The translations under genes and the position numbers were made by a program. From assembly GCA_965195205.1 (NCBI GenBank), contig CBDAFG010000092.1:61419-125418 (forward strand): a stretch of 64,000 nucleotides of DNA, in the 5' to 3' direction. A model generated the notes under the pieces. The model worked only from the letters and a program-made list of their open reading frames with translations, did no database searches and was not told the origin of the DNA. This DNA comes from an uncultured Pelolinea sp. Lineage in GTDB: Bacteria; Chloroflexota; Anaerolineae; Anaerolineales; Anaerolineaceae. Shown piece after piece: positions 18,312 through 26,725 of this stretch. Position 1 is the stretch's first letter; each line of letters starts with the position of its first letter.

Positions 18312-20415
18312 TGTCTTCTCTCCTGAAATGGAGATTGCGCTTTTTATATAGCTGTATTGTCTGCAGAAGCGGTCCGTGATTATTGGATCCGTATTCATTG
18401 ATTTGTACACCAGCGGCGATCACTCCTGTTGTGCAGCGGTTTAATAGTCCATTTACTAATCGTCCCATTACTTTTTGATTGTTTTCGTATTCTTCTTGTT
18501 CAGTCCAAGATGCCCCACTTACCCAATTTTTACGAAAAACGTATGGATTTGTAAGTGGTTGATACAATCTTTCCCACCAACCAAGACTGCCGATATCCAG
18601 CCAGAATTGAAAAGCAACAGATTGATTTCTCATCAAGAATGTATAGGCGGGTGCGATTAGAACCGCATTTTCATCGGTCAAAATATTGTTGAATGCAGCC
18701 GGAATAAGCCCCTGTTCAACACTCTGGATATATTCTTTTCCAATAAGAGGAAATTCATACTCAAATACTTCTTGCGAAAATAATCGAAAAGACCGTAAAG
18801 ATTGAATTAATTTTGCAATAATATGTGCCGCATAAAAATCGATATGAAATTGAAATCCATCTTGTGAAAGTAGTTGTCCATATAAATTTTGGAAGAAAAT
18901 ATCCAGCGGTTTGGGTTCGTTTTTTAAATATTCTATTAACCAATTTCGAAGAGCTTCGATTTTTTCCCCAAACCGGAAAGTGATCCTCTCTTTTAGTTGA
19001 ATATTATTGATAGCGTCAAATGATCTGATGGGGCATTCATTTCCGCTCTTTGAAAAAAGGGTTTTTGTGATTAAGTCTGCGCGAATTACATCCAAATTGG
19101 GAATGAATTGCATAATTGAGTGGCGGAATTCAAAAAAAGAAATGGGTATCTTCCAGCTGGGATGTGAGAGTTTCGCGAATATTAATAAGGCTTTTATCTC
19201 AGGCGCGTTGATATACATACGAGAAGGCCGTGAAGTGGCTGTGGCAACGCCTAAGAATTTTAACTTTTCAGTCATGCTGAACTTCAATGAGTCAGACAGA
19301 TATGGGGATAAAATTGCGATATCTCTTGGTTGAATTCCTTTGTCTATCAGATTTCGAACTTTTTCACATGTTTCTGAGATCATTTCAGGGTAAAACGTAT
19401 AAAGCGTTAATTCCGATTTGTGTGGGATTTCATATCTAATGGAATTGTTTTTTTCTTTTTGAATGCAGGCCTTTAAACCAAGGCGGAAGCTTTTTAATTC
19501 TTCTGATATTGTAAATTCGTGCTTAAAATGATAGGTTGTTTGACATTCCTCTTTCAAACTGTAAGCACCCTCTGGGTCGGCGCCTAAAAATGACCGGTAT
19601 CCACCGCCTTCATCATAAATCAATAAAGATGATTGGATAGACTTTGTCCATTCTTTTATTAGTTCATGGGCGAAGGGGGTGTCTTCTTCGAGGTTATCTG
19701 CAATTAGTGCATCGTATCGAGTATATAGATAATCACGGCAGCTTTTGAGCGGCCAGATGTAGTTCCGGAAGGAAGAAACGAGAAGAGAAAAATCTATTAG
19801 ATTATTATTTAGACAATATTCTCGAAATAATTTCGCGCATTCCTGTACATGATCAAATGCGACATGTAAAGAGTTGGTATTGTTAGAGGTGGATTTAAGA
19901 CGTAGTGCAATTTCATCAATAGAAATTCCAACCAGTGCAGTTTTGTTAAGGTTGTCGAGGATTTGGCTGAATAACCTGTTTCTTTCAATCGTAACGGACT
20001 GAAAATACCCTTTTTCAAGTAAAGGGTCAACGATTTTTGATAGACAATATTGGGCAGTTTCCAGTGAGAGAAAATTTGGGAGCTTTTCTGGTGATTTAAA
20101 ACCTGCCTCCCCTGAAATAAGAGGCCAAAATATTTTTATTAGATCTTGGGATATTCCACTAACTGTCGTTATGGTTGGAAAACTGCCAGCATGGGATGGG
20201 TTTTCAAATACGAACTGCCTATATGGATTTGCAAGACTTTGTTGAGGGCAGATAATAAGTGTTTTGTACCCTGGATAATGATGGAGCAGTTTTCCTAATC
20301 TGCCGAGTGCCGTTGTTGTTTTTCCGGTTCCTGAAGATCCAAAGAGAAAAATTGAACCCTCTATGGGTGCTTGAATTATTTTTTCTTGATCATTGTTGAA
20401 GGTAAAATTTTCCAT
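18304..20415 (-). CDS. AddB-like UvrD-family P-loop protein (degenerate motif II, no nuclease domain)
   Basis: Walker A is FGSSGTGKTT. In the position of DExQD it has IADNLEEDT, so the catalytic Glu is not conserved. The start is chosen at MENFTFNNDQEKII (20415), at canonical distance from the P-loop. The longer starts at 20460 and 20637 run into the msrQ relic. Confidence 0.75.
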   Translation of the reverse strand: MENFTFNNDQEKIIQAPIEGSIFLFGSSGTGKTTTALGRLGKLLHHYPGYKTLIICPQQSLANPYRQFVFENPSHAGSFPTITTVSGISQDLIKIFWPLISGEAGFKSPEKLPNFLSLETAQYCLSKIVDPLLEKGYFQSVTIERNRLFSQILDNLNKTALVGISIDEIALRLKSTSNNTNSLHVAFDHVQECAKLFREYCLNNNLIDFSLLVSSFRNYIWPLKSCRDYLYTRYDALIADNLEEDTPFAHELIKEWTKSIQSSLLIYDEGGGYRSFLGADPEGAYSLKEECQTTYHFKHEFTISEELKSFRLGLKACIQKEKNNSIRYEIPHKSELTLYTFYPEMISETCEKVRNLIDKGIQPRDIAILSPYLSDSLKFSMTEKLKFLGVATATSRPSRMYINAPEIKALLIFAKLSHPSWKIPISFFEFRHSIMQFIPNLDVIRADLITKTLFSKSGNECPIRSFDAINNIQLKERITFRFGEKIEALRNWLIEYLKNEPKPLDIFFQNLYGQLLSQDGFQFHIDFYAAHIIAKLIQSLRSFRLFSQEVFEYEFPLIGKEYIQSVEQGLIPAAFNNILTDENAVLIAPAYTFLMRNQSVAFQFWLDIGSLGWWERLYQPLTNPYVFRKNWVSGASWTEQEEYENNQKVMGRLVNGLLNRCTTGVIAAGVQINEYGSNNHGPLLQTIQLYKKRNLHFRREDSV

Positions 20416-20423
20416 AATGGATA

Positions 20424-20986
20424 TTATTGAATCAAGAAAGTGTTCAGATTGCGAGCCCATTGTGGTGTATTTTTTATTGAAACCTTTTTTAAGGGGTTGG
20501 TCCGTAATAATAAAGCGAACGGGAATAATCCTCCAAGAATGACAGGGTTGATAATATTTCCCTTTGAAGCCAATACAATATGGACAATGATCAAGGCGGT
20601 AATTAGGTATACCATATTGTGAATGCGTTTCCACCAAACACCCAATAATTTCTTAATCGTTTATAACGAAGATAGGGCGAGGTGATAAAACCTTCTGCAA
20701 GTTTTGTGGGTTGGGTTTTTCCTGTTGAGAATTCGTAAAAATTTGTGTAGCTGATAATATCTTCATACTTTGTTGCCGATAAACCCTGATCGTTCACCAG
20801 ACTTTCAATTTCCTCGGATAAATTTGAATCTGGTGCTTCCACCTGATTCTCGGAGTTTGTATTGGCGACACAAGAGGCTAACAGGAAAGATGCAGCGGTG
20901 GTTTTAAATGCGCTCTTAATGAATCTGCGCCTGGAGGTATAAAATGTTTCAGGTGTAATTCTTGAGGAAGGTATTTCGTTTTTCAT
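20424..20986 (-). pseudogene. msrPQ: msrP-msrQ remnant: 5' third of msrP joined to the 3' third of msrQ by an internal deletion
   Basis: The frame starting at 20986 reads MKNEIPSSRITPETFYTSRRRFIKSAF...YTNFYEFSTGKTQPTKLAEGFITSPY. This matches the Tat signal and N-terminal region of MsrP/YedY (E. coli ...VTAESVFFMKRRQVLKA...[27 protein letters not shown]) and then loses similarity. From about 20660 a different frame reads TIKKLLGVWWKRIHNMVYLITALIIVHIVL...LLLRTNPLKK, matching the last helices of MsrQ/YedZ ([28 protein letters not shown]...LLLALRYKKL). The Moco domain and the first roughly two thirds of MsrQ are absent. Confidence 0.7.
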
Positions 20987-21005
20987 GGGATGGCTTTTAA
21001 ATACC

Positions 21006-21821
21006 CTAATTAAGTGTCCAATAGCTGATTTCATCCATATAGATCGTGAATCCTGGCGTTTGCCTCGCGTTGATAAACAACCCAAAATGACCGCTATTAA
21101 TTAATGTGGGTTCGTTAACCTCTTGAAGCAGATTGTTGTTTACATACAAGCGGATGATGGGTCCTTTGATCCATATGCCCAGTGTATTGGTTTGATTTGG
21201 GCCTTTGTGTATTTTTTCACTGGAGGGCATGCTTAAGAGCATGGATGACCCATTGTTTGACCAACGCCGGAGGTCATAATGCCCATCACAGGTGACATGA
21301 AAATAATACGCGAAACCACTTTCATAATCAGGAGCTCTCACAACAAGCCCATATTGGTCGTCGTTTGTACATTCTGCAACATCGAAAGTTGCCTCTAGAT
21401 ATGCATCCTGGAATGTGAGGTAAGTTAACCAATAGAAATATCCTTTTCCAACAGCAGCTGCTTTCATGGAAAATTTTCCACTGCTCATTGATAGGGTTAT
21501 ATTACCAATTTCGAGGTCGCCTGAATCAAGGCTCCAATATTGTCCAGTGGAAAGATCGTCATGCCACGTTGGCTGTCCTAGATCTTGTTTAGGATCATCG
21601 GGTGGAACGGGGGTGTTTGTTGCAGTTGCCGATGATTCATCTTGCGCTTCAGTAGTGTTTGACTCAGTCACTTGCTGGTTTATTTTTTGATCCAGGGCGG
21701 TTGCAGTGAGTGAGATGGCAACTTGTGTTGCAGTTTTATCATCAAATGAATCAGTGGGAAATGAGATCGAACACGCTAATACAGTTATTAAAACCAATGA
21801 AAACAGAAAGACTTTCTTCAT
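21006..21821 (-). CDS. lipoprotein with a C-terminal concanavalin/LamG-like jelly-roll domain
   Basis: Signal peptide plus lipobox MKKVFLFSLVLITVLAC, followed by a low-complexity T/E/Q linker. The beta-rich C-terminus (YGLVVRAPD..GFAYYFHVTCDGHYDLRRW) resembles DUF1080/LamG-type domains. The fold call is by eye. Confidence 0.7.
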   Translation of the reverse strand: MKKVFLFSLVLITVLACSISFPTDSFDDKTATQVAISLTATALDQKINQQVTESNTTEAQDESSATATNTPVPPDDPKQDLGQPTWHDDLSTGQYWSLDSGDLEIGNITLSMSSGKFSMKAAAVGKGYFYWLTYLTFQDAYLEATFDVAECTNDDQYGLVVRAPDYESGFAYYFHVTCDGHYDLRRWSNNGSSMLLSMPSSEKIHKGPNQTNTLGIWIKGPIIRLYVNNNLLQEVNEPTLINSGHFGLFINARQTPGFTIYMDEISYWTLN

Positions 21822-21919
21822 GATCGTCCTCGCTTTGTGACCCTTGCATAATTATATAGGATAAAAAAACATGAAATCCTCTAAATTTGTATTTTGTATT
21901 CATGTATAATGCGGATGGG

Positions 21920-22357
21920 ATGAAAATGAATGATTCTGGTAAGCCAGTCTTGGCGGTAGATTGGGGAAGAAAGCGGCTTGGTTTAGCTGTTAGTGATCCC
22001 ACCCGGACGCTTGCTCGTCCGTTAGAAGTAATCGACCATATTTCACGCGGAAAAGATGCTGAGAGAATTTTGAAAATTGCTAAAGATAATCATGTAAGTA
22101 TGATTATTGTTGGTGTGACCTATGGTGATGATCGTATGCCAACATATAATGGCCGGAGTGCAATGCGGTTGTTAGAAGAAATTAAGAATTTGGGGTCAAT
22201 CCCGGTTGCTGCATGGAACGAGGAGGGCTCCACTCGCGCGGCTATTTCATCACGTATCGAAATTGGAAGTACAAGAAAAAAGCGGAAAGGGCATCTTGAC
22301 TCGATAGCTGCTGCTATCTTTTTGCAAAATTTTCTGGATTTGGAGTCGGAAAAATGA
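21920..22357 (+). CDS. ruvX: Holliday junction resolvase-like / pre-16S rRNA nuclease RuvX (YqgF)
   Basis: The VLAVDWGRKRLGLAVSDPTRTLARPL N-terminal motif is present and the roughly 145-aa size fits. The start is taken at MKMNDSG because a TATAAT box lies just upstream of it, inside the longer track ORF. Confidence 0.88.
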   Translation: MKMNDSGKPVLAVDWGRKRLGLAVSDPTRTLARPLEVIDHISRGKDAERILKIAKDNHVSMIIVGVTYGDDRMPTYNGRSAMRLLEEIKNLGSIPVAAWNEEGSTRAAISSRIEIGSTRKKRKGHLDSIAAAIFLQNFLDLESEK

Positions 22358-23490
22358 TTGGAATAGAGAAACAGAAAACGATCCTGGCTTTTTCATTGAT
22401 CTTCGCTGCGGCCATATTTTTTACCTGTGTGTATTTCCTCGTTATTTGGCTGCCTTCCAGTACAGCCCAAATATTTGGTGAACCTGCCCCGGGGTTGGAT
22501 ATATCACATCGAATTATTCTTAGCGCTCGCTTGCTAATACATCGGAAGGATTTGACAACTAATCTTGAATTAGGTGATCGTCCAATCCCATTTTCAATCG
22601 AATCTGGCCAATCGGCCAGCATGGTTGCAGAAAAGCTAGAAATTACCGGAATCATTCCTGAATCGGATTCCCTGGTTAATTATTGGCTTTTTAAAGGACA
22701 AGACCGATTGATCCAAACAGGAGTGTATCTGATTCACCCGAATACAACTCCACTTTCAATTGCAATGAATCTGGTGAATAACTCTCCTGAGGAGATTAAT
22801 TTTGCTTTCTTAGCAGGGTGGAGGAAAGAGGAAGTTGAAAACCTCTTGTTTAACACAAATGTTTTTCCACATGATATAGGTTTCCAAGAAGTAGAAATAT
22901 TAAGCCTTCGTTCTTGTTTTCCACTAGAATTGCAATCATTATCTTCAATTGAAGGGTTTTTATTCCCGGGAGAGTATCAATTGGCAAAAAACCTTTCACA
23001 AGATGAAATACTTTGTTCTTTCACTGAGAGGTTTTTTGAATCAATTCCACCGAATTATCAAGAGTTGGTTAATGAACAAGGATTATCTTTTTATGAAGCA
23101 GTGATTCTTGCGTCAATAGTCCAAAGAGAAGTTATCAATCCAGAGGAAGCACCATTCATAGCTGGTGTTTTTATCAACCGTTTAAATGTTCACATGCTAC
23201 TTCAAAGCGATCCAACAGTACAGTATGCGATCGCGTCAGATGCGAAACAATTGGATTGGTGGAAAAGCCCGTTGGAATCTAATGATCTACAGTTAGATTC
23301 CCCTTATAATACATATATAAATAATGGTCTCCCACCTACACCAATCTGCAATCCTGACCTAAACTCGCTTCTTTCTGTTGCATTTCCTGAGAAGACAAAT
23401 TACCTTTTCTTTCGGGCATCTTGCGACCAATCGGGCAGCCATGTCTTTAATGAAACGTATCAACAGCACGTGGAAGCTGCGTGTGATTGA
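22354..23490 (+). CDS. mltG: endolytic murein transglycosylase MltG (YceG)
   Basis: An N-terminal TM helix is present. YceG signatures are ASIVQREV and DSPYNTYINNGLPPTPICNP. An ATGA overlap links it to the ruvX stop. Confidence 0.9.
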   Translation: MIGIEKQKTILAFSLIFAAAIFFTCVYFLVIWLPSSTAQIFGEPAPGLDISHRIILSARLLIHRKDLTTNLELGDRPIPFSIESGQSASMVAEKLEITGIIPESDSLVNYWLFKGQDRLIQTGVYLIHPNTTPLSIAMNLVNNSPEEINFAFLAGWRKEEVENLLFNTNVFPHDIGFQEVEILSLRSCFPLELQSLSSIEGFLFPGEYQLAKNLSQDEILCSFTERFFESIPPNYQELVNEQGLSFYEAVILASIVQREVINPEEAPFIAGVFINRLNVHMLLQSDPTVQYAIASDAKQLDWWKSPLESNDLQLDSPYNTYINNGLPPTPICNPDLNSLLSVAFPEKTNYLFFRASCDQSGSHVFNETYQQHVEAACD

Positions 23491-23724
23491 TTTCTAAAAA
23501 CAACAAAAAGGATCATGGCTTTTAGGTACGCAGCAAAAAATTATTTAAACTATCTGCTAACTATATCCCAGTCAATCAATTACGGAGAAATTTCAGCACC
23601 GATTATTTATTCTCTGGTAAGGAAATTATTAATTACCAGAGAGATAATTGGTATGGAGATCTTTTTTATTGGAAATTGTCAATCCCATAATTTGACTGGG
23701 AAATTTGTCAGGTAAGAAAGAAAA

Positions 23725-25236
23725 TCAAACTATTCTTTCTTTTATAGATCGATTATTTTTAAAGTTAATATCTTTTATCCATTCAATGAGTTTTGGTGTG
23801 ATTGATTTTGAACTCATTCTCCATGCCCAATTCCCCAGGGGAACAGAAGGCGTGTTCATTCTGGCATTATTTCTCAGATTGAGAAAATCTTGCATTGGCG
23901 CAATCGCGTAAACAGCAGGAGATTCCCAAATTGCTTGGATCATCAGATGGGCAATTTCCTCTTCATTTCCGCGGAGATATTGTGAACATGATTTTCTTAA
24001 CGCGTCAGGAGAAGTGTTAAACCATCCCCTGGTTGGGGGATTGTCATGTGTCCCAGTATATGCCACGCAATTGATCGGAAAATTCTCGGGAAGATTTTCG
24101 CTATTCCCGCTTTCTCCAAATCCGAATTGCATAATTCTCATGCCCGGCATTTTATAATGATCCCGTAGTTCTGTTACTTCAGGAGTAATCACACCTAAAT
24201 CCTCCGCAAAAAACGGGAGATCATTCAGGTCGTCTTTTATGGCATTGAAAAATGCGTAAGTAGGTCCTTCTACCCATTTACCATTTTTGGCAGTTAGAGA
24301 ATGATTTGGGATCTCCCATGCTGCGGAAAAGCCCCTGAAATGGTCCAGGCGAATTACGTCGACCATTTGTCTCATGTATTTGACCCGATTGATCCACCAG
24401 GAAAATTTATTTTGTTTGTGCTCTTCCCATGCGTATAATGGATTCCCCCAAAGCTGTCCGTCAGACGAAAAATAATCTGGAGGAACTCCTGCTACTACGT
24501 AAGGAATTAATTTTTCGTCTAACTGAAAAAGGTTTGGATGGCTCCAAACATCAGCACTATCGTATCCCATAAAAATTGGAATATCACCTATGATGCGAAT
24601 GCCTTTTTTAAGAGCGTATTTGTGTAATAATCTCCACTGAGAAAAAAAGACAAATTGGATGAACTTCTGATAGTTGATTTCATGAAAGTATTTTTCACGA
24701 AATTCAGATAGGGTTTTTTTATCTCGAAACCTAAATTCTTTTGGCCAATGTCTCCAACTTGATTGCTTGAAATTTTCTCGTATTGCCATGAACAGTGAAG
24801 AATTATCAAGCCATTTCGAATTGTCAGTTATAAAGCGCTCGAATTGTTTGTGGAGATGATTAGTGGCGTTTTGGTCAACGAATTCTTGAAATGCAATCTT
24901 GAATATTCTGTTTTTCCATCCCCCTACTAATTTAAAATCAACAGATTTATTTGGGAAGTTGGGATACTGTGCTATATGCTTGGGGGTTAGGAGACCGTTG
25001 TCTACAAAAAATTGTGGATCAATAAATAAAGGATTACCTGCGAAAGCTGATAAGCCCTGATACGGAGAATTTCCTTCACCCGGAGGATGATAAGGGAGGA
25101 TTTGCCAGAGGTCAGTTCCAGTTTCATTGAGGAAATCGACCCAATCGTACGCACATTTTCCTAGGTCACCAACTCCATAGCAGTTGGGAAGGCTGCTGAT
25201 ATGTAAAAGGATACCTGCCGATCTTGAAAATTCCAT
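23725..25236 (-). CDS. malQ: 4-alpha-glucanotransferase (GH77, amylomaltase)
   Basis: Motifs seen: RSAGILLHISSLP N-terminus, IRLDHFRGF, FFAEDLG and YTGTHDN. Confidence 0.93.
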   Translation of the reverse strand: MEFSRSAGILLHISSLPNCYGVGDLGKCAYDWVDFLNETGTDLWQILPYHPPGEGNSPYQGLSAFAGNPLFIDPQFFVDNGLLTPKHIAQYPNFPNKSVDFKLVGGWKNRIFKIAFQEFVDQNATNHLHKQFERFITDNSKWLDNSSLFMAIRENFKQSSWRHWPKEFRFRDKKTLSEFREKYFHEINYQKFIQFVFFSQWRLLHKYALKKGIRIIGDIPIFMGYDSADVWSHPNLFQLDEKLIPYVVAGVPPDYFSSDGQLWGNPLYAWEEHKQNKFSWWINRVKYMRQMVDVIRLDHFRGFSAAWEIPNHSLTAKNGKWVEGPTYAFFNAIKDDLNDLPFFAEDLGVITPEVTELRDHYKMPGMRIMQFGFGESGNSENLPENFPINCVAYTGTHDNPPTRGWFNTSPDALRKSCSQYLRGNEEEIAHLMIQAIWESPAVYAIAPMQDFLNLRNNARMNTPSVPLGNWAWRMSSKSITPKLIEWIKDINFKNNRSIKERIV

Positions 25237-25251
25237 ATCTGATTGGTTTAT

Positions 25252-26718
25252 TTAGTTACTCAATAACTCGTTATAAATAACCGCGTATTTTTTTGCTGAC
25301 CTGCCCCACGAGAAATCTGTTTTCATACCGTTCATTTGAATTGTTTTCCATTGATCTTTGTTCTGGTACATATCCAAGGCGGTTTCTATACAGGTGATGA
25401 AATCGGAGGTTGTTGGGTTATTAAACAGAAATCCCGTTCGCTTTGTTTCTGGTTTTGTGATGATCGAATCTTTTAATCCGCCTACTGCATGAGCAATAGG
25501 GACACATCCGTACCGCATAGCAATCATTTGAGATAGGCCGCATGGCTCATATAATGACGGCATAAGAATCATATCGCCCGAAGAATACAACTTTCTAGCA
25601 AGTACGGCATTATATTCAATAAAAGCCCGAATTTTACTCGGTTGTTCACGTTCAAGTGCTTGGAAAGCATGTTCATACCCGTGATGGCCAGAGCCTAAGA
25701 TGATAGCGTTCCAATTAAGGTGAGTAATGCTGGTTAGGGCATCTAATAATAGGTCAATTCCCTTTTGGTTTTCCAATCGCGAGATAACGATGAGCAATGG
25801 ACGGTCAGTGCTGGTATTCAATCCCAGATCATTAAGCAGGGCAAATTTGTTCTTACTCCTCTGCCGAATCGAATTGAGAGAATAATTTTGTAAAATAAGT
25901 TTGTCAGTTGATGGATCCCATTGTTTTGTATCAATGCCGTTAATGATGCCAGTTAGCTTTTTTGTATTTTCAATGAAATAATTTTCTAACCCATATGCAA
26001 AATAATTGGTTTTTAATTCTTCAGCGTATGTGGGAGATACAGCGATAATCTTGTCGGCTGATGCAATTCCCATTGGTAATGGAAGATGTTCAGCCCACTC
26101 TGGAATGCAATCTGTTGAGATGGGATTTATCATGAAGTCCTGAAGTATTTTTTCACTCCCATACCCCATAAAGGGCATATTATGTATTGCTAAAACAGTT
26201 CGAATTGTTTTCCGGCGATCATTCACGATTTGCAGATGGTTTATTTGGTGGATTATTATTGCGGAATGCCAATCATTGGCATGTAAAATATCGGGCTGCC
26301 ATTCTAAATGAGAAAGCATTTTTATGCACGCTATTGAAAAGAAAGCGAACTTAAAAGCATTTGTGTTTTGGTTTGAATCATACACGTTTGTTGATAAATT
26401 CTTTGGCTTGATTTGCCTGATGAAGTAGTAGGTTATACCGTTGAAAAGCGTTGAATAAATTGTCCCCGTGACTGTTCCTGATCTTGAATCTAAAGAAATT
26501 GAAAATTCTTCTGAAAGGGAAAATGCATCGATTGTTGATGAATCATGCAGGGGCAGAACAACCCGAATATCTATTTTGAGCCCATTATTCAGGGATAGAG
26601 CCGCCAAAGCGTTGGGCAGTGAGCCCGAGTAATCTCCAAGCCCGCCAACCTTGTAGAAAGGTTCTGCTTCAGAGGATGCAAATAGAACCCGAATAGTCTT
26701 GGTTTTCAACTTATCCAT
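25252..26718 (-). CDS. glgA: glycogen synthase (GT5)
   Basis: Motifs seen: EAEPFYKVGGLGDY N-terminus, HANDWH, and the C-terminal MPSLYEPCGLSQM. Confidence 0.93.
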   Translation of the reverse strand: MDKLKTKTIRVLFASSEAEPFYKVGGLGDYSGSLPNALAALSLNNGLKIDIRVVLPLHDSSTIDAFSLSEEFSISLDSRSGTVTGTIYSTLFNGITYYFIRQIKPKNLSTNVYDSNQNTNAFKFAFFSIACIKMLSHLEWQPDILHANDWHSAIIIHQINHLQIVNDRRKTIRTVLAIHNMPFMGYGSEKILQDFMINPISTDCIPEWAEHLPLPMGIASADKIIAVSPTYAEELKTNYFAYGLENYFIENTKKLTGIINGIDTKQWDPSTDKLILQNYSLNSIRQRSKNKFALLNDLGLNTSTDRPLLIVISRLENQKGIDLLLDALTSITHLNWNAIILGSGHHGYEHAFQALEREQPSKIRAFIEYNAVLARKLYSSGDMILMPSLYEPCGLSQMIAMRYGCVPIAHAVGGLKDSIITKPETKRTGFLFNNPTTSDFITCIETALDMYQNKDQWKTIQMNGMKTDFSWGRSAKKYAVIYNELLSN

Positions 26719-26725
26719 TATTAAG

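Noticed and set aside
16086-20415. Possibility that the two UvrD-like proteins plus nuclease are an anti-phage defence system (Gabija/Hachiman-like helicase-nuclease pairs)
   Set aside because: I see no TOPRIM/OLD ATPase, DUF-type sensor or other defence hallmarks, and no mobile-element context. The operon ends in recJ and sits among housekeeping genes. An AddAB-like repair function is the more economical reading, though defence is not formally excluded.
20603-21085. Track ORF of 160 aa taken as an intact gene
   Set aside because: Only residues from MKNEIPSS to ...ITSPY resemble MsrP. The N-terminal 33 residues overlap the upstream lipoprotein gene end, and the C-terminal 22 residues are out-of-context read-through into the msrQ relic. 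I called it a pseudogene instead.
23515-23911. Two small plus-strand ORFs (66 and 68 aa) between mltG and malQ
   Set aside because: The first has odd composition and only a marginal RBS. The second is antisense to the 3' end of malQ. I treated the region as non-coding (see the finding on nested repeats).
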